In this document: piece after piece, positions 1-10,616 of the stretch
Layout: each line of letters opens with the position of its first letter
Numbering within the stretch: position 1 is the stretch's first letter
From: a virus
UHGV virus genome: UHGV-0010228
Reading direction: 5' to 3' (one strand)
Length of the DNA: 64,000 bases
The notes under the pieces: generated by a model
Told to the model about the DNA's origin: nothing
Seen by the model: only the letters and a program-made list of their open reading frames with translations
Database searches by the model: none
Position numbers and translations under genes: made by a program

Positions 1-182
1 ATTATGCAACTCTATCGAATAGTAGAGCAAATCAATATAGTTTAACGTTATATATTGAAGAACCGACAAATGAATCTGCGACTAAATTTGTAAAGATATC
101 TGCACAAGATTGGAATTTTGATAGTCCGATTAAAACGTTCAAAATATCATATCTCGATGGTTATATTTTTGAATATGGTACA

Positions 183-782
183 TTGGAGAATTCCAAATAT
201 TTTTTACATGTAAATACAATTTGTGATTCGGACCTTGATGTATTTATTGTATCACCTAATAGCTCAACTGCAAAATATTTCATATCTGATATGAGACGTA
301 ATTTATCTCCAGATGCGGAGTCATCAGAGAATTATCAAATTTATTTAGGAAATATAGATGAAGATAATATTAAATCAGTCAATATGCTTGTATTTACAAC
401 ATTAGATGAAATATTATTATTGAATAATGAAACATTAATAAGTAAAAATTATAGTGTTGGATTATCTAATGGGGATATGTATATACTTAGTATTGAATAT
501 CCATATGTTAGTAATACTGTAGATACCGACATTAAACGTATGTGGGAAGTTGTGAATGAAATTGAAATTGATAATAAATATCTTAATCAAGTAGAAGTAT
601 ATGCTCATAATACTAAGAATTCGTCACTCAATCTATATTGGAGAAATTTAAAATTAAACGAATTAGGAATTAAATCTGTACAAAAAGTATGTGCTGGTAA
701 ATATAAATACTTAGCATTAATCACTGATTTAGAAGATCAAACTAAATTAATAATAAGTGATATGATATACTATGATATATAA
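183..782 (+). CDS. hypothetical protein (start uncertain; track start is TTG, no obvious RBS)
   Basis: 199-codon ORF in coding-dense + strand block; no recognisable motif; first in-frame ATG is ~35 codons in. Confidence 0.35.
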   Translation: MENSKYFLHVNTICDSDLDVFIVSPNSSTAKYFISDMRRNLSPDAESSENYQIYLGNIDEDNIKSVNMLVFTTLDEILLLNNETLISKNYSVGLSNGDMYILSIEYPYVSNTVDTDIKRMWEVVNEIEIDNKYLNQVEVYAHNTKNSSLNLYWRNLKLNELGIKSVQKVCAGKYKYLALITDLEDQTKLIISDMIYYDI

Positions 783-806
783 GAGAAAGGGGGGCTAATA
801 AAAAAT

Positions 807-1169
807 ATGGAAATGCAATTTTTACAGGGTATTATGGATACTCAAATATATGCATTAGCAGTTGCATTATATTTACTCGGAATCGGAATTAGAAAGATTA
901 GTACTGTAAAGAATAATCATATTCCAGTTATACTTGGTATTGTAGGTATAGTATTTGTAGCATTGCATATATTTGCAACTCAGAGTTTTGATACACCACA
1001 GCAGATAGCTGCGGCAATATTTGCCGCATTTGTTCAGGGTATATTGTGCGCAGCAGCAGCAGTATATGCTGATCAGATTTTTAAGCAGTATAAAAAATTA
1101 AAATCTGTAGTAACTACTAATGAGCCTGAAGAAGAAACTTCAGATCGAGTAGATGAGGATTATAACTAA
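807..1169 (+). CDS. small membrane protein, three predicted TM helices (holin-like topology)
   Basis: ATG preceded by AGAAAGGGGGG RBS; hydrophobic stretches IYALAVALYLLGIGI / VILGIVGIVFVALHIF / IAAAIFAAFVQGILCAAAAVY; charged C-terminal tail. Confidence 0.5.
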   Translation: MEMQFLQGIMDTQIYALAVALYLLGIGIRKISTVKNNHIPVILGIVGIVFVALHIFATQSFDTPQQIAAAIFAAFVQGILCAAAAVYADQIFKQYKKLKSVVTTNEPEEETSDRVDEDYN

Positions 1170-1200
1170 AAAAAGAAACCTCCGAAGAGGTTTCATAAAT

Positions 1201-1236
1201 AATCAGACTAGATTTATACTAGTCTGATTATTTTTA
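1201..1236. terminator. bidirectional rho-independent terminator between convergent genes
   Basis: aatcagactagatttatactagtctgatt hairpin followed by T-run; preceded by second hairpin gaaacctccgaagaggtttc (1175-1194). Confidence 0.7.
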
Positions 1237-1911
1237 CTTGAAAAGACCTTCTGATATCAGAAGGTCTTTTCTACACCATTCGTCAAGTGTGACGAGACAA
1301 TCATTTTCATCACGCATAGCACCGAGCGCAACTGATCTCATAAGTTCTTTCTCATGAGAGACGAACTTTGAGTATGCTTCACCAAAGTTTGGTGAGGTCA
1401 CCTCAGGAAGAAATGCGAGTTTAGGATTATTAAGAACCTCCTTACACCTGTAATCAAGATACACGTCCATCAACTTGCACTCTTCTGGGCTGAAAATTTC
1501 AGCATTGCTCTTTCTGAGCTTTAATACTAAATTGTTAAATCTTTCATCCCAATTCGCAATAAAAGATTTAATTTTTTCCTTACCATATTTAGTGAGGATC
1601 TTACCAGCTTTATAATCTGGCAAGAAAGTTTTTACAATATCATCGATGAATATGGTAATGAGTTCGATAACACCACCTTTTTCATGATTAAAGATGAATG
1701 TAAAATCAAACCCCTGACCATTATCATCATGAGCCTGGATTCCGTGAATAGCGTTTGCGGATTTACAAATCATTGCTCTAAATATCGGGTCCGAAATGAA
1801 TTTCACAACTTTAGCTGATTCCTCACTTAATTCGAGCTTTGATTCGGAATCGAAAATCAATCCAATATTAGCAATAGTTATAATTTCTTCGTTAGTTATA
1901 TTAATTCTCAT
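1234..1911 (-). CDS. hypothetical protein
   Basis: 225 aa ORF, ATG with AAAGGAGA RBS on minus strand; no recognisable family. Confidence 0.55.
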   Translation of the reverse strand: MRINITNEEIITIANIGLIFDSESKLELSEESAKVVKFISDPIFRAMICKSANAIHGIQAHDDNGQGFDFTFIFNHEKGGVIELITIFIDDIVKTFLPDYKAGKILTKYGKEKIKSFIANWDERFNNLVLKLRKSNAEIFSPEECKLMDVYLDYRCKEVLNNPKLAFLPEVTSPNFGEAYSKFVSHEKELMRSVALGAMRDENDCLVTLDEWCRKDLLISEGLFK

Positions 1912-2104
1912 AGTATATATCTCCTTTCTTTATATACAATTTTTTATTGTATATACTATGACTATAATTTATTCTCATCTTAATAATATACAAATAAAAA
2001 AAAAAGAAATTACGGTATTTAATTATTATTTTTCTATGAGCCTTGTGATAGATGAGCAACAAATATTATAATTATAAATCACATTACGAGGAGGCAAAGA
2101 GATT

Positions 2105-2593
2105 ATGGAGTCAAGTCTTCTTTTAGAAGGTTTCCAAATTGTGATGGCTTTCTTATCACCAATAATTGTTGCTGTGATTGGTTATAAGGCTACTCGATTA
2201 AATGAAGAAACCAAAAAAATAAACGAGGTGCAACAGGAGCTTAATAAAACTAAAGAACAGCAGGTTGCTGAAAGATTTGAAGAGATCGAAGAAAATATTG
2301 AAGAGTTGGCATCTGGTTTAACTGCCATTAAATCTAAATGTGCAGATATAGAAGATGATATCGATATCATAACTCATCAAGTAGAGTTTCAGTCTCAACT
2401 CCTTAGAGTTTACAATTCTTCAAGTAATAATGTTATAAATCTCTGCGATGCATTAACATCTTCGCTTGTCAAATATTATCAATCACAACCTGAAATATAT
2501 GAAGCTATAAAAGAATATGAAAATTCTAAAAAAGCTATCACGACAGATATTTTAAGTTTGATTCAATCATTTGGTAGTGAAAGGAGGCCATGA
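2105..2593 (+). CDS. N-terminally membrane-anchored coiled-coil protein
   Basis: GAGGAGG RBS; N-terminal hydrophobic helix FQIVMAFLSPIIVAVIGY followed by charged heptad-like region. Confidence 0.55.
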   Translation: MESSLLLEGFQIVMAFLSPIIVAVIGYKATRLNEETKKINEVQQELNKTKEQQVAERFEEIEENIEELASGLTAIKSKCADIEDDIDIITHQVEFQSQLLRVYNSSSNNVINLCDALTSSLVKYYQSQPEIYEAIKEYENSKKAITTDILSLIQSFGSERRP

Positions 2594-2928
2594 GATTTAT
2601 GGCTATGACTAATGAAGCTTTTCAGAGCATGATAGATGAATATGGAGATAGAATATTCTATATAAATCTTAATAATGAATATAAGATGTATATAGGATAC
2701 GAATCTTCACATATTATTTCTGTAAAGGATTTAAAATTGAAGAATGTTGGTGGGGTTGATATGTTTGGGGTTCCAAATGTACCACCTGATGCTAAACTTC
2801 GCAATCTGTCTAAGAAAAACAATAACGAACCAGTATATTATACATGGCATTGTACTGAATATATTGAGACGATTGGAGTTATGGAAGAGAAATATAACGA
2901 CTATAGACCAGATCCGATTGCAATGTAA
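2590..2928 (+). CDS. hypothetical protein, translationally coupled (ATGA overlap) to upstream gene
   Basis: ATGA stop/start overlap, AAAGGAGG RBS inside upstream 3' end. Confidence 0.5.
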   Translation: MRFMAMTNEAFQSMIDEYGDRIFYINLNNEYKMYIGYESSHIISVKDLKLKNVGGVDMFGVPNVPPDAKLRNLSKKNNNEPVYYTWHCTEYIETIGVMEEKYNDYRPDPIAM

Positions 2929-2946
2929 GAGAGTTTATAATTAATT

Positions 2947-2980
2947 AAGAAGAGTTATTTAATAACTCTTCTTTTTTATT
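2947..2980 (+). terminator. rho-independent terminator
   Basis: aagaagagttatttaataactcttctt + TTTTATT. Confidence 0.7.
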
Positions 2981-3130
2981 AACTCATTTTATCTTTATAT
3001 ATTATTTTTATGCAGGACAGGAATAATCGATTATAAAAATATATAATAATAAACTTTTATATTAATTTAGAACCGTATTAGATCATGTCTTGAAATAAAT
3101 TAATGTAAGAAAAAGAAAGGGAGAATTAAA

Positions 3131-3574
3131 ATGACAGACATCTCAAAATATGTTAAAGCGAAAAAAGAAGCTGGCAGAATTGCTGGTATAAAGGTAAAGC
3201 AGAATAATGCGGAACTTCAGTGCGAGTGCACACATACTGAAAAAGGAGGTCCAGCATTAGAATTTAACAAAAAGACACATGTTTGTGAATGTAAAATATG
3301 TGGTAAAGCTGTAAATCTTAATCCGATCTCTATTGAAGATCAGAATAAGGCAGTTACAGTAATTGACGACATGTGTGATCTGATCAAAATGCGTATAAAT
3401 CCTAACAATAAGAAAGAGATGGATTTGTATAAAAAGATCAAGAAGTTACAGTTAAGAGTTACTACATCATTAAGAGATTATTACCAGGCAGCACGTAGCA
3501 ATAATAAGAAGAATGGTAATAAGAAGAAGAATAACAACAATCACTCTGATTTCGGAAGAACAGTAACAAAATAG
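3131..3574 (+). CDS. Cys-cluster (zinc-ribbon-like) protein with very basic Lys/Asn-rich tail; possible nucleic-acid binding
   Basis: CxC...CxCxxC arrangement (QCECTH...HVCECKICGK); C-terminal KKNGNKKKNNNN; good RBS. Confidence 0.5.
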   Translation: MTDISKYVKAKKEAGRIAGIKVKQNNAELQCECTHTEKGGPALEFNKKTHVCECKICGKAVNLNPISIEDQNKAVTVIDDMCDLIKMRINPNNKKEMDLYKKIKKLQLRVTTSLRDYYQAARSNNKKNGNKKKNNNNHSDFGRTVTK

Positions 3575-3608
3575 AGTGAGTCAAATAATCTATTAACATA
3601 ATATTATT

Positions 3609-3646
3609 GGGATGAATATTATTATTCATCCCTTTATTTTTTTATA
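3609..3646 (+). terminator. rho-independent terminator
   Basis: gggatgaatattattattcatccc + T-run. Confidence 0.7.
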
Positions 3647-3656
3647 GGAGGTAATC

Positions 3657-4397
3657 ATGAATAAGGAAGATATCAAAGATTATATAAATGATAGCGAAGT
3701 TAGAAAATATATAAATTTTGAAGCTGAATATTCTAATGGAATTATAGATAAAACTTTAATTGAAATTGAAGCTGTAACAACAGATCACCCAGAAATTGAT
3801 AGTAATAATAAATATTATAGAAATCTGATAGATACTCTTACTAGTAGTAAAGATATTTTAAATCATGCCAGAGATATTGCTTTAAAAATATTAGATAAAT
3901 GTGATGAATATACTATTGGTGAATTCTATATGCTGGTAAATGGCATTCGATCTTTATTATATGGAACTCCAATATATGCATTATCTGGAAATGATGATGA
4001 ATGGGATGATTGCACAAAAGAAATAGATAAATTAACTAAGACTATCGAATTTTATAGTCCAAAGTTCAGTAAAGTTGAAGAATATACTTCAGAAATTAAT
4101 ATTGATTCTATTGAAGTCAATAAACGGTATTCTAACATATATAGAATAAATAAAGATAATTCATTAGCATTTAGACTAGATGCAATTACTATGGAAAATG
4201 AACGGGAAGATTTTGATCCTACTGATGGTATTAGATTTATTGAGTTTCCATGGTCATATAAAGATTCAATTATAATTCCTGATAGTGTAGAAAATCCACA
4301 TAAATATATTAATGAAATGGATTTTTATTTTGATGGTACACCTATCCCTAAAAAAGAATTAGAAAGTTTAATGGAAAATAATAAGAAAGAGGAATAA
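3657..4397 (+). CDS. hypothetical protein
   Basis: 246 aa, TAGGAGG RBS; acidic; no recognised motif. Confidence 0.55.
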   Translation: MNKEDIKDYINDSEVRKYINFEAEYSNGIIDKTLIEIEAVTTDHPEIDSNNKYYRNLIDTLTSSKDILNHARDIALKILDKCDEYTIGEFYMLVNGIRSLLYGTPIYALSGNDDEWDDCTKEIDKLTKTIEFYSPKFSKVEEYTSEINIDSIEVNKRYSNIYRINKDNSLAFRLDAITMENEREDFDPTDGIRFIEFPWSYKDSIIIPDSVENPHKYINEMDFYFDGTPIPKKELESLMENNKKEE

Positions 4398-4421
4398 AAA
4401 CTCCTCTTTCTTATTATTTTT
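4383..4421 (+). terminator. rho-independent terminator overlapping stop codon
   Basis: aagaaagaggaataaaaactcctctttctt + T-run. Confidence 0.65.
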
Positions 4422-4511
4422 GTATTTATCATAAGACAATATATTATTAATATGTAAGTATACTAACACTTATATTAAAATTATATTGATTTATAGAAAG
4501 GAGATAATACT

Positions 4512-4670
4512 ATGAGTATAGCAAATCAGACAAGTGGAGGAGCAAATTATCAGAATTCAAGTAGTGCAAATGATTTTAAATCTATAAAATTGAATCAAAC
4601 AAGTGCAATACATAATGAAACTATGAATTTCTCAGTTAAGGAGGAATTAAATGGGAAAGAAAACTGCTAA
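4512..4670 (+). CDS. possible small upstream ORF (52 aa) overlapping the topoisomerase start
   Basis: ATG with AAAGGAGA RBS (spacing 8); Ser/Asn-rich product MSIANQTSGGANYQNSS...; ends ~20 nt inside next gene in another frame; below the ORF-track size cut-off. Confidence 0.25.
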   Translation: MSIANQTSGGANYQNSSSANDFKSIKLNQTSAIHNETMNFSVKEELNGKENC

Positions 4671-7071
4671 AGAAGTAAATCTTGTAAGTAAAGACAATAT
4701 ATCATTTAAAGATGATAAGTTTGTATACTTACAAGATGAATTAGACGCGATTAGAGGCGCAATGCGAATGTACATCCCTAGAGGAGAAACTGATGGAGCA
4801 TTGCATTTATTCAAGGAAATTTTCAATAATGCATTAGATGAGTGTAATAATGAAAATTCTCCGGCTAATAAGATTATTGTAGAATTTCGTGAAAGTGAGT
4901 GTAAATTCTCAGTATCAGATGAAGGAAGAGGAATTCCTACAGATATATTAGTAGATGCAGTTATGAAGAAACATGTATCTACTAAATTAGTAGACTTATC
5001 CGAATCTCGTAATAAGAGACAGACTGGTATACATGGTGTAGGTATGACAGTAACCGCAGCATTGACTGATTATATGTCACTTACAACTTATAGAGAAGAT
5101 CATTGTAAAACTATAGAACTTATAGATGGTGTAATGAAAGAATATCCTATAAAGAAATTAAAGAAACCTAGACATGGATTAGAAGTTACTTTAGTACCAT
5201 CTGAGAAATATCTAGGTGAGATTAATCTTACTAACGATATTGTAGAGGATTTTATTAGACATATGGCATATATAGTACCAGATGGAATAATAATTGAATT
5301 CTATAAAGAAGGTCCTGATGGTAATATGGTATTTACAAAATATCATAATTTAGGATTGTCTGAAAATCTTCATTACTTATCATCATCATTAGAATTTCCA
5401 CCTATAGAATTAAAAATCATTACTGAAAATTTTGATTTATTTACAGCGTTTGCATACGATAAATCAACTGATGATATGATCTACGAATCGTATGCGAATT
5501 ATGTAATAACAACTGAAGGTGGAACCCATGAGCAGTTAGTAATTAGATCTCTATGTGAATATTTCACCAGAGAAGCAAAGAAAGCAGATGCTACATCTAA
5601 ATATGAAGTAGCATATGATGATTGTAAAAAAGGATTGTGTTTTGTAGTTAATATAGAGCATGTAAGACCTGAATTAGAAGGACAGCATAAATCTAAAATA
5701 TCAAATAAAGATATATTAGCAGATGGAAAGAAACCATTATTGGATGCGCTTCATACGTATTTTAGTAACAACCCTACTCAGTTGAAGAAAATAATTACTT
5801 ATCTTAGACAGATATCTAAAATAAGACAGGAAGCACATAAGATAAAAGGAGTTTCTAATAAGAAACCATCTACGTTCTTAGATGATGCTGAAATAAAAAT
5901 GTTTAAGAATGTGTCTGATAGAAAGTATAATGGATATAAAGAATTATATATAGCCGAAGGAGATTCTGCATTATCCGGTATAGATAGTGCAAGAAATCCA
6001 AAATATCAGGCAATATTTGGAGTTCAAGGTGTTATAGACAATACTCACGACTTAACATTAACTCAATTATTGCAGAAGAGAACTTTTAAGAATTTAGTTA
6101 AAATTCTTGGATGTGGTATTGGTAAAGATTTTGATATAACTAAATTGAGATTTAATAAGATCATAATAGCATGTGATAGTGATGTTGATGGATCTAATAT
6201 TACCTCTTTGATACTATGCTTCTTCTATATCTTTATGCCAGAACTAATTACACAGAATAAGGTATTTAGAGCAATGCCACCATTATATCTATTAGATAAG
6301 AAATCTCTTAAGAAGTTTTATAATGGCAGAGAATGGTTGTATGATAAACAGGAATATTATGATTTACTTAATACTATCATAGCTAATAATGCAACTATTG
6401 CTTTACCTAATAAATCTTCTAAAAAGAATGAAGTAAATATATTATCTAAGAAAGAAAAGAAAGAGTGGCTTAGTCTCAATTCTGAATATAATCTTGAATT
6501 ACTTAATCTTAGTAAGAAAGCAACATGTGATGAAACTATTCTAGAATATGTCTGCTGGTATTTACTAGAAGCCGATGGTAATGTGAAATTATTTAAGAAG
6601 CTCATTGAGAAAGAATTTAATGAAATGGAATTCGACCCATCAAATCAGGTTCTATTAGGTTCTTGGAATGGAAATTATTTCTCATTAATATGTGATAAGT
6701 TATTCTTAAAGAGTGCAAAGAGATTCATGAACTTATTATCACAGAATATTTCACTATTCGTATATTGTGGTGATAAGGACGAAAATGATATAGAGAAAAT
6801 GACTATAGGTCAATTCTTTAATCTCATGCACAGAAATTATAATGTTAAGATCGAGCAGAGGTTTAAGGGAATTGGAGAATCAGATGCAGATTTATTATTT
6901 GTAACTACAACCAATCCTAAACTTAGAACTCTCATAAAATTTGATCTTAATAGTATAGAAGCAACAAATGAGATGTTTGAATTGCTTCATGGTAAGTCCG
7001 AAAATATGAGAGAGCAGCGTAGGCAGTTACTTGAAAATGCTGAAATATCATATGCGGATATAGACAACTAA
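4651..7071 (+). CDS. type IIA DNA topoisomerase ATPase/TOPRIM subunit (GyrB/ParE / T4 gp39-like)
   Basis: GHKL ATPase N-box EIFNNALDE, G1 DEGRGIP, G2 GIHGVGMTV; TOPRIM ELYIAEGDSA and IIACDSDVDGSNI (DxD); AAGGAGG RBS. Confidence 0.9.
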   Translation: MGKKTAKEVNLVSKDNISFKDDKFVYLQDELDAIRGAMRMYIPRGETDGALHLFKEIFNNALDECNNENSPANKIIVEFRESECKFSVSDEGRGIPTDILVDAVMKKHVSTKLVDLSESRNKRQTGIHGVGMTVTAALTDYMSLTTYREDHCKTIELIDGVMKEYPIKKLKKPRHGLEVTLVPSEKYLGEINLTNDIVEDFIRHMAYIVPDGIIIEFYKEGPDGNMVFTKYHNLGLSENLHYLSSSLEFPPIELKIITENFDLFTAFAYDKSTDDMIYESYANYVITTEGGTHEQLVIRSLCEYFTREAKKADATSKYEVAYDDCKKGLCFVVNIEHVRPELEGQHKSKISNKDILADGKKPLLDALHTYFSNNPTQLKKIITYLRQISKIRQEAHKIKGVSNKKPSTFLDDAEIKMFKNVSDRKYNGYKELYIAEGDSALSGIDSARNPKYQAIFGVQGVIDNTHDLTLTQLLQKRTFKNLVKILGCGIGKDFDITKLRFNKIIIACDSDVDGSNITSLILCFFYIFMPELITQNKVFRAMPPLYLLDKKSLKKFYNGREWLYDKQEYYDLLNTIIANNATIALPNKSSKKNEVNILSKKEKKEWLSLNSEYNLELLNLSKKATCDETILEYVCWYLLEADGNVKLFKKLIEKEFNEMEFDPSNQVLLGSWNGNYFSLICDKLFLKSAKRFMNLLSQNISLFVYCGDKDENDIEKMTIGQFFNLMHRNYNVKIEQRFKGIGESDADLLFVTTTNPKLRTLIKFDLNSIEATNEMFELLHGKSENMREQRRQLLENAEISYADIDN

Positions 7072-7081
7072 AAGGAGATAT

Positions 7082-9556
7082 ATGGCAAAGAAAAAGAAAG
7101 ATTCCGGAATAGATACTAATTCTCTATGGTCCGGAATAGAAGATGATGCATTTATCAATGAATCAAATCTTAAAGAAGTTGATATTGCAGAATATAATCA
7201 AAAAGAAATGACAATATTTTCTGCGAATGTTAATTATTTTAGACAGATTATAAGATTATCTGATTCACTAAAACCTGTAGAAAGAAGAATACTCTATTCA
7301 ATGTTTAAGTCTGGGAATCGTCCTGGACTTAAACAGAAATCAAATCTCATAGTAGGTAATGCAGCATTGATACATAATCATGGTGATTGTTATCCAACAT
7401 TAGTATCGATGTCTCAAAGATGGAAAAAGATGGTGCCGTTGATTGATGGTAAAGGAGCATTTGGTTCTGAATCTGAAGAACGATATGCTGCTATGAGATA
7501 TACTGAAGCATCTATGAGTAAATATGCTTATGAATGTTTCTTTGAAGATTATGATGATGATTGTGTTGAGCAGTTATTCAATACAGCATCTGATAGTTAT
7601 GAACCTATGTCATTACCAGCTAAATTTCCGAATATTTTAGTTAATGGTGGATTGGGTTTTGCAGTTGGTAATAGTTTCTGTATTCCACCATTTAATATTG
7701 ATGATATAATAGCTAATTGTGAGAAAGTAATGAAGAATCCTAAAGCACCAGATGTATTTATGATTCCAGATTTTCCAACAGGTTGTTATATCGTAGATGA
7801 TGGTGAAACTTTAAAGACAATATGTGATACTGGTAAAGGAACTATAAAGATGAGAGGTGTTGTTGATGTAGTAGAAACTTCTAAGACTTGGGAGTTGAGA
7901 ATAACTGCATTACCATGGTTTGTAACATTATCATCTATAGAGACAAAGCTGGTTGATCTTCATAAAAATGGTACACTTCCTATTAAGGATTTACAGAATC
8001 ATTCACATCCAATAAAATTAGCTGATGGTAAAATAGGATCTAAAGTTGATTATCGAATTATAATAGATAAAACTCATGATCCATATGCTATATTAGAGAA
8101 GATATATAAGAATACAATGCTACAGAAATCCTTAGGTATAAACTTTAAAGTTGTGCTTGAAGAGCTAGCTATAAAGACTTTATCTCTAAGAGAGCTTATA
8201 TTATCTTGGATTGATGAAAGAAGATCATATAAAAGAAGATTATATAATAAGAAGATAACTAAGCTTAGTGCTAGAATTGACTTATTAGAAATTCTCTTAT
8301 ATTTATTGAAGGCTGAGAATATCGAGAAGACATTAAAGATAATTAAAGATTCTAATTCTGATGAAGTAGTAAAGAAACTCATGAAACATGGAAAGATGAA
8401 TTCTTATCAAGCATCTAAAATTGCTGATATGAAATTATCAGCATTTACTAAAGATGCTAGAAAGAAATATGCTGAAGAGAAAGCTGCTAAAGAAAAAGAA
8501 TTAGAAAAGGTATTATCAATAGTTAAATCTGAAAAGAAAATTGATAAGATTATTCTTGAAGAACTATATGATCTTAAGAAATACTCATCTCCAAGAAAAA
8601 CTCAGGTTATAACCGATGACACTGGAGAAAAGATTGCAGATATTGATTATAATATAATCATAACTAAAATGGGATTGATTAAAAAGATACCGTTTAATCC
8701 AGATCCAAATAAGAATTCTAACATGGGTTCATTTAAGAATTTTGATGCACCTATTAAAAGAATAACGTGTAATAATCTCAATAGTATTTTAATGTTTGAT
8801 AGTTTTGGTAGATATTCTGCAGTTCCAGTTTATAAGATAGACACAACTGAATTATCTCATCATGGTAATAATCTATATGATATTGCAGGTCTTAATGGTA
8901 GCGTAGTTACTGTAATGGATCAATTAGATGATAATTATATAGAGTATATGAGTAAGATCGGCGATTTATTTATGGTAACTTTAACTAGAAATGGGTATAT
9001 TAAGAAGACACCATTAGAAGCATATACTAAAATAAGGTCAACTAAGAATATTAAAGCATGTAAACTTAGAGATGATGATTCTCTTGTATGGGCTGGAGTT
9101 GTAGTTAGTAAAGAAGATATTATTATCTATTCAAAAAAAGGTAATTATGTTGCAATGAACATAGATGATATTTCTCCACAGGGAAAAGATTCTATGGGTG
9201 TAATTGGAATGAAGATGAAAGATCTTGATGAATGTGTTGGTATTGCATTTGTTGGAGATAAAGATCAGTATATTACAGTTATAACTGAAAAAGGTAATAT
9301 AAAGAAATGTGAGATTCAATATCTCACAACTGGTAAAGGTAAGAGATCATATCTTACATCATTAGATACAAATGATAATGTTGTATTTGTATCTGGTATG
9401 ATAGATAAGGAAAGTGTTATAGTCTTTACGAGGACAGATTATACAGAAATTGAAGCGACTATAATACCAACCCTATCTAGGAAAGCAAAATGTAAGAAGA
9501 TGATACCAGTGCCACAAGGTTCATCTATAATAAGATGTGACATAGTAAAGAGGTAG
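7082..9556 (+). CDS. type IIA DNA topoisomerase DNA breakage-reunion subunit (GyrA/ParC / T4 gp52-like)
   Basis: active-site tyrosine context AAMRYTEA identical to GyrA; follows B subunit by 10 nt; AAAGGAGA RBS. Confidence 0.9.
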   Translation: MAKKKKDSGIDTNSLWSGIEDDAFINESNLKEVDIAEYNQKEMTIFSANVNYFRQIIRLSDSLKPVERRILYSMFKSGNRPGLKQKSNLIVGNAALIHNHGDCYPTLVSMSQRWKKMVPLIDGKGAFGSESEERYAAMRYTEASMSKYAYECFFEDYDDDCVEQLFNTASDSYEPMSLPAKFPNILVNGGLGFAVGNSFCIPPFNIDDIIANCEKVMKNPKAPDVFMIPDFPTGCYIVDDGETLKTICDTGKGTIKMRGVVDVVETSKTWELRITALPWFVTLSSIETKLVDLHKNGTLPIKDLQNHSHPIKLADGKIGSKVDYRIIIDKTHDPYAILEKIYKNTMLQKSLGINFKVVLEELAIKTLSLRELILSWIDERRSYKRRLYNKKITKLSARIDLLEILLYLLKAENIEKTLKIIKDSNSDEVVKKLMKHGKMNSYQASKIADMKLSAFTKDARKKYAEEKAAKEKELEKVLSIVKSEKKIDKIILEELYDLKKYSSPRKTQVITDDTGEKIADIDYNIIITKMGLIKKIPFNPDPNKNSNMGSFKNFDAPIKRITCNNLNSILMFDSFGRYSAVPVYKIDTTELSHHGNNLYDIAGLNGSVVTVMDQLDDNYIEYMSKIGDLFMVTLTRNGYIKKTPLEAYTKIRSTKNIKACKLRDDDSLVWAGVVVSKEDIIIYSKKGNYVAMNIDDISPQGKDSMGVIGMKMKDLDECVGIAFVGDKDQYITVITEKGNIKKCEIQYLTTGKGKRSYLTSLDTNDNVVFVSGMIDKESVIVFTRTDYTEIEATIIPTLSRKAKCKKMIPVPQGSSIIRCDIVKR

Positions 9557-9573
9557 CAATTGCTACCTCTTTA
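9548..9573 (+). terminator. stem-loop after topoisomerase operon
   Basis: aagaggtagcaattgctacctcttt palindrome. Confidence 0.5.
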
Positions 9574-9593
9574 GGTTAAGGAGAAATATCGAT

Positions 9594-9806
9594 ATGAATA
9601 AACATTGGTGTATGACAGAATCTGAAGCTGGCGAAGTACTAAAATTTATCAATGAATTAGATCCTCAATCTAGACCTGAAGTTCATTATATTAAATATCC
9701 AAAGATAGCAACTCAATCTTTAGATGAATATTCGGCAATCACATTAATATATATTACGTGGGAATGGGTAGATCCAATTTATCCAGAATATTTATCTATA
9801 TTATAA
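9594..9806 (+). CDS. small hypothetical protein
   Basis: 70 aa, TAAGGAGA RBS. Confidence 0.4.
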   Translation: MNKHWCMTESEAGEVLKFINELDPQSRPEVHYIKYPKIATQSLDEYSAITLIYITWEWVDPIYPEYLSIL

Positions 9807-9857
9807 TCAACTTTTATATTAATTAAATTAAGAAATTTCCTAAGGAGGATTACGATA

Positions 9858-10607
9858 ATGGCAGATAATAAATATAATAATTCAATTACAACGAGCTTAA
9901 TAACATTATTTGATAGCTCAAGTGTACAGTTAAGAATATCAGGATTAGAAAATGGAATCTCAGTTGCATTTTGGATGCCTAATAGAGATCCGGTAACTGG
10001 TAAATTGACTTATCCTAAAGAATCCAGATATTCAACTATAATAACAACTGATAGAGTTGCTACATTAGATAAGATGATAAGTGAATTACTTATACCAGAA
10101 TTTGAAGCTGGTAGAGATAAATCAGTTGCTGTATTTACAAATAGGCAGAAATCCATGATTTTTGAAATTAGAGTTATTAATGGGGAATTCTTCGCATCAT
10201 TATATACAGATGTAGACCCTATGACTTTAATACCTAAGAATGGATTTAGATTCAAATTTGAAAAGACAACTGCGGCATCTGATTATAATAGTGAAACAGG
10301 TAATATGAATATTACTGAATATGATGGTAATTTCTATATCTTTACAGAATTACTTCATAACATAGTCACTATTGGAAATAATAAAGTTTCTGGTCATTCA
10401 GTAAGACAGGCAAATTCGTTTACAACATCTTCATTATTTGAATATATTAGAGCGATCGCTGCTAAGATGGGAGTAACTGTAGAAAATAGATCTTACAGTT
10501 CTATGAGTACCAGTCCCTCAACATCTTATGAAAACTCTACTACGAATACCAGTGATCCAATGCCTGAAATGAAAGAAATTACAGATATTACTCAGATGCT
10601 TCAGTAG
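9858..10607 (+). CDS. hypothetical protein
   Basis: 249 aa, TAAGGAGG RBS, Ser/Thr-rich C-terminus. Confidence 0.55.
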   Translation: MADNKYNNSITTSLITLFDSSSVQLRISGLENGISVAFWMPNRDPVTGKLTYPKESRYSTIITTDRVATLDKMISELLIPEFEAGRDKSVAVFTNRQKSMIFEIRVINGEFFASLYTDVDPMTLIPKNGFRFKFEKTTAASDYNSETGNMNITEYDGNFYIFTELLHNIVTIGNNKVSGHSVRQANSFTTSSLFEYIRAIAAKMGVTVENRSYSSMSTSPSTSYENSTTNTSDPMPEMKEITDITQMLQ

Positions 10608-10616
10608 GAGTATAAT

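Noticed and set aside
1796-2071. 91-aa + strand ORF overlapping the 3' region of gene 1234..1911 and the intergenic region
   Set aside because: Hydrophobic low-complexity product with no RBS. It overlaps a confidently called gene and its promoter region.
2182-2370. Short antisense ORFs nested in longer genes (also 6357..6605, 8074..8382, 9131..9319, 10010..10255, 10588..10782, 16560..16862, 17261..17458, 19080..19674, 21333..21551, 21976..22191, 25494..25691, 26176..26415, 28624..28854, 29353..29544, 32393..32608, 38599..38826, 42870..43079, 45759..46061, 46885..47181, 48318..48713, 50013..50243, 52311..52580, 53451..53663, 55710..55949, 57005..57289, 61619..62038, 62320..62676, 63124..63423)
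   Set aside because: Each lies wholly within a longer, RBS-equipped ORF on the opposite strand or in another frame. They have no RBS and a composition typical of AT-rich antisense noise.
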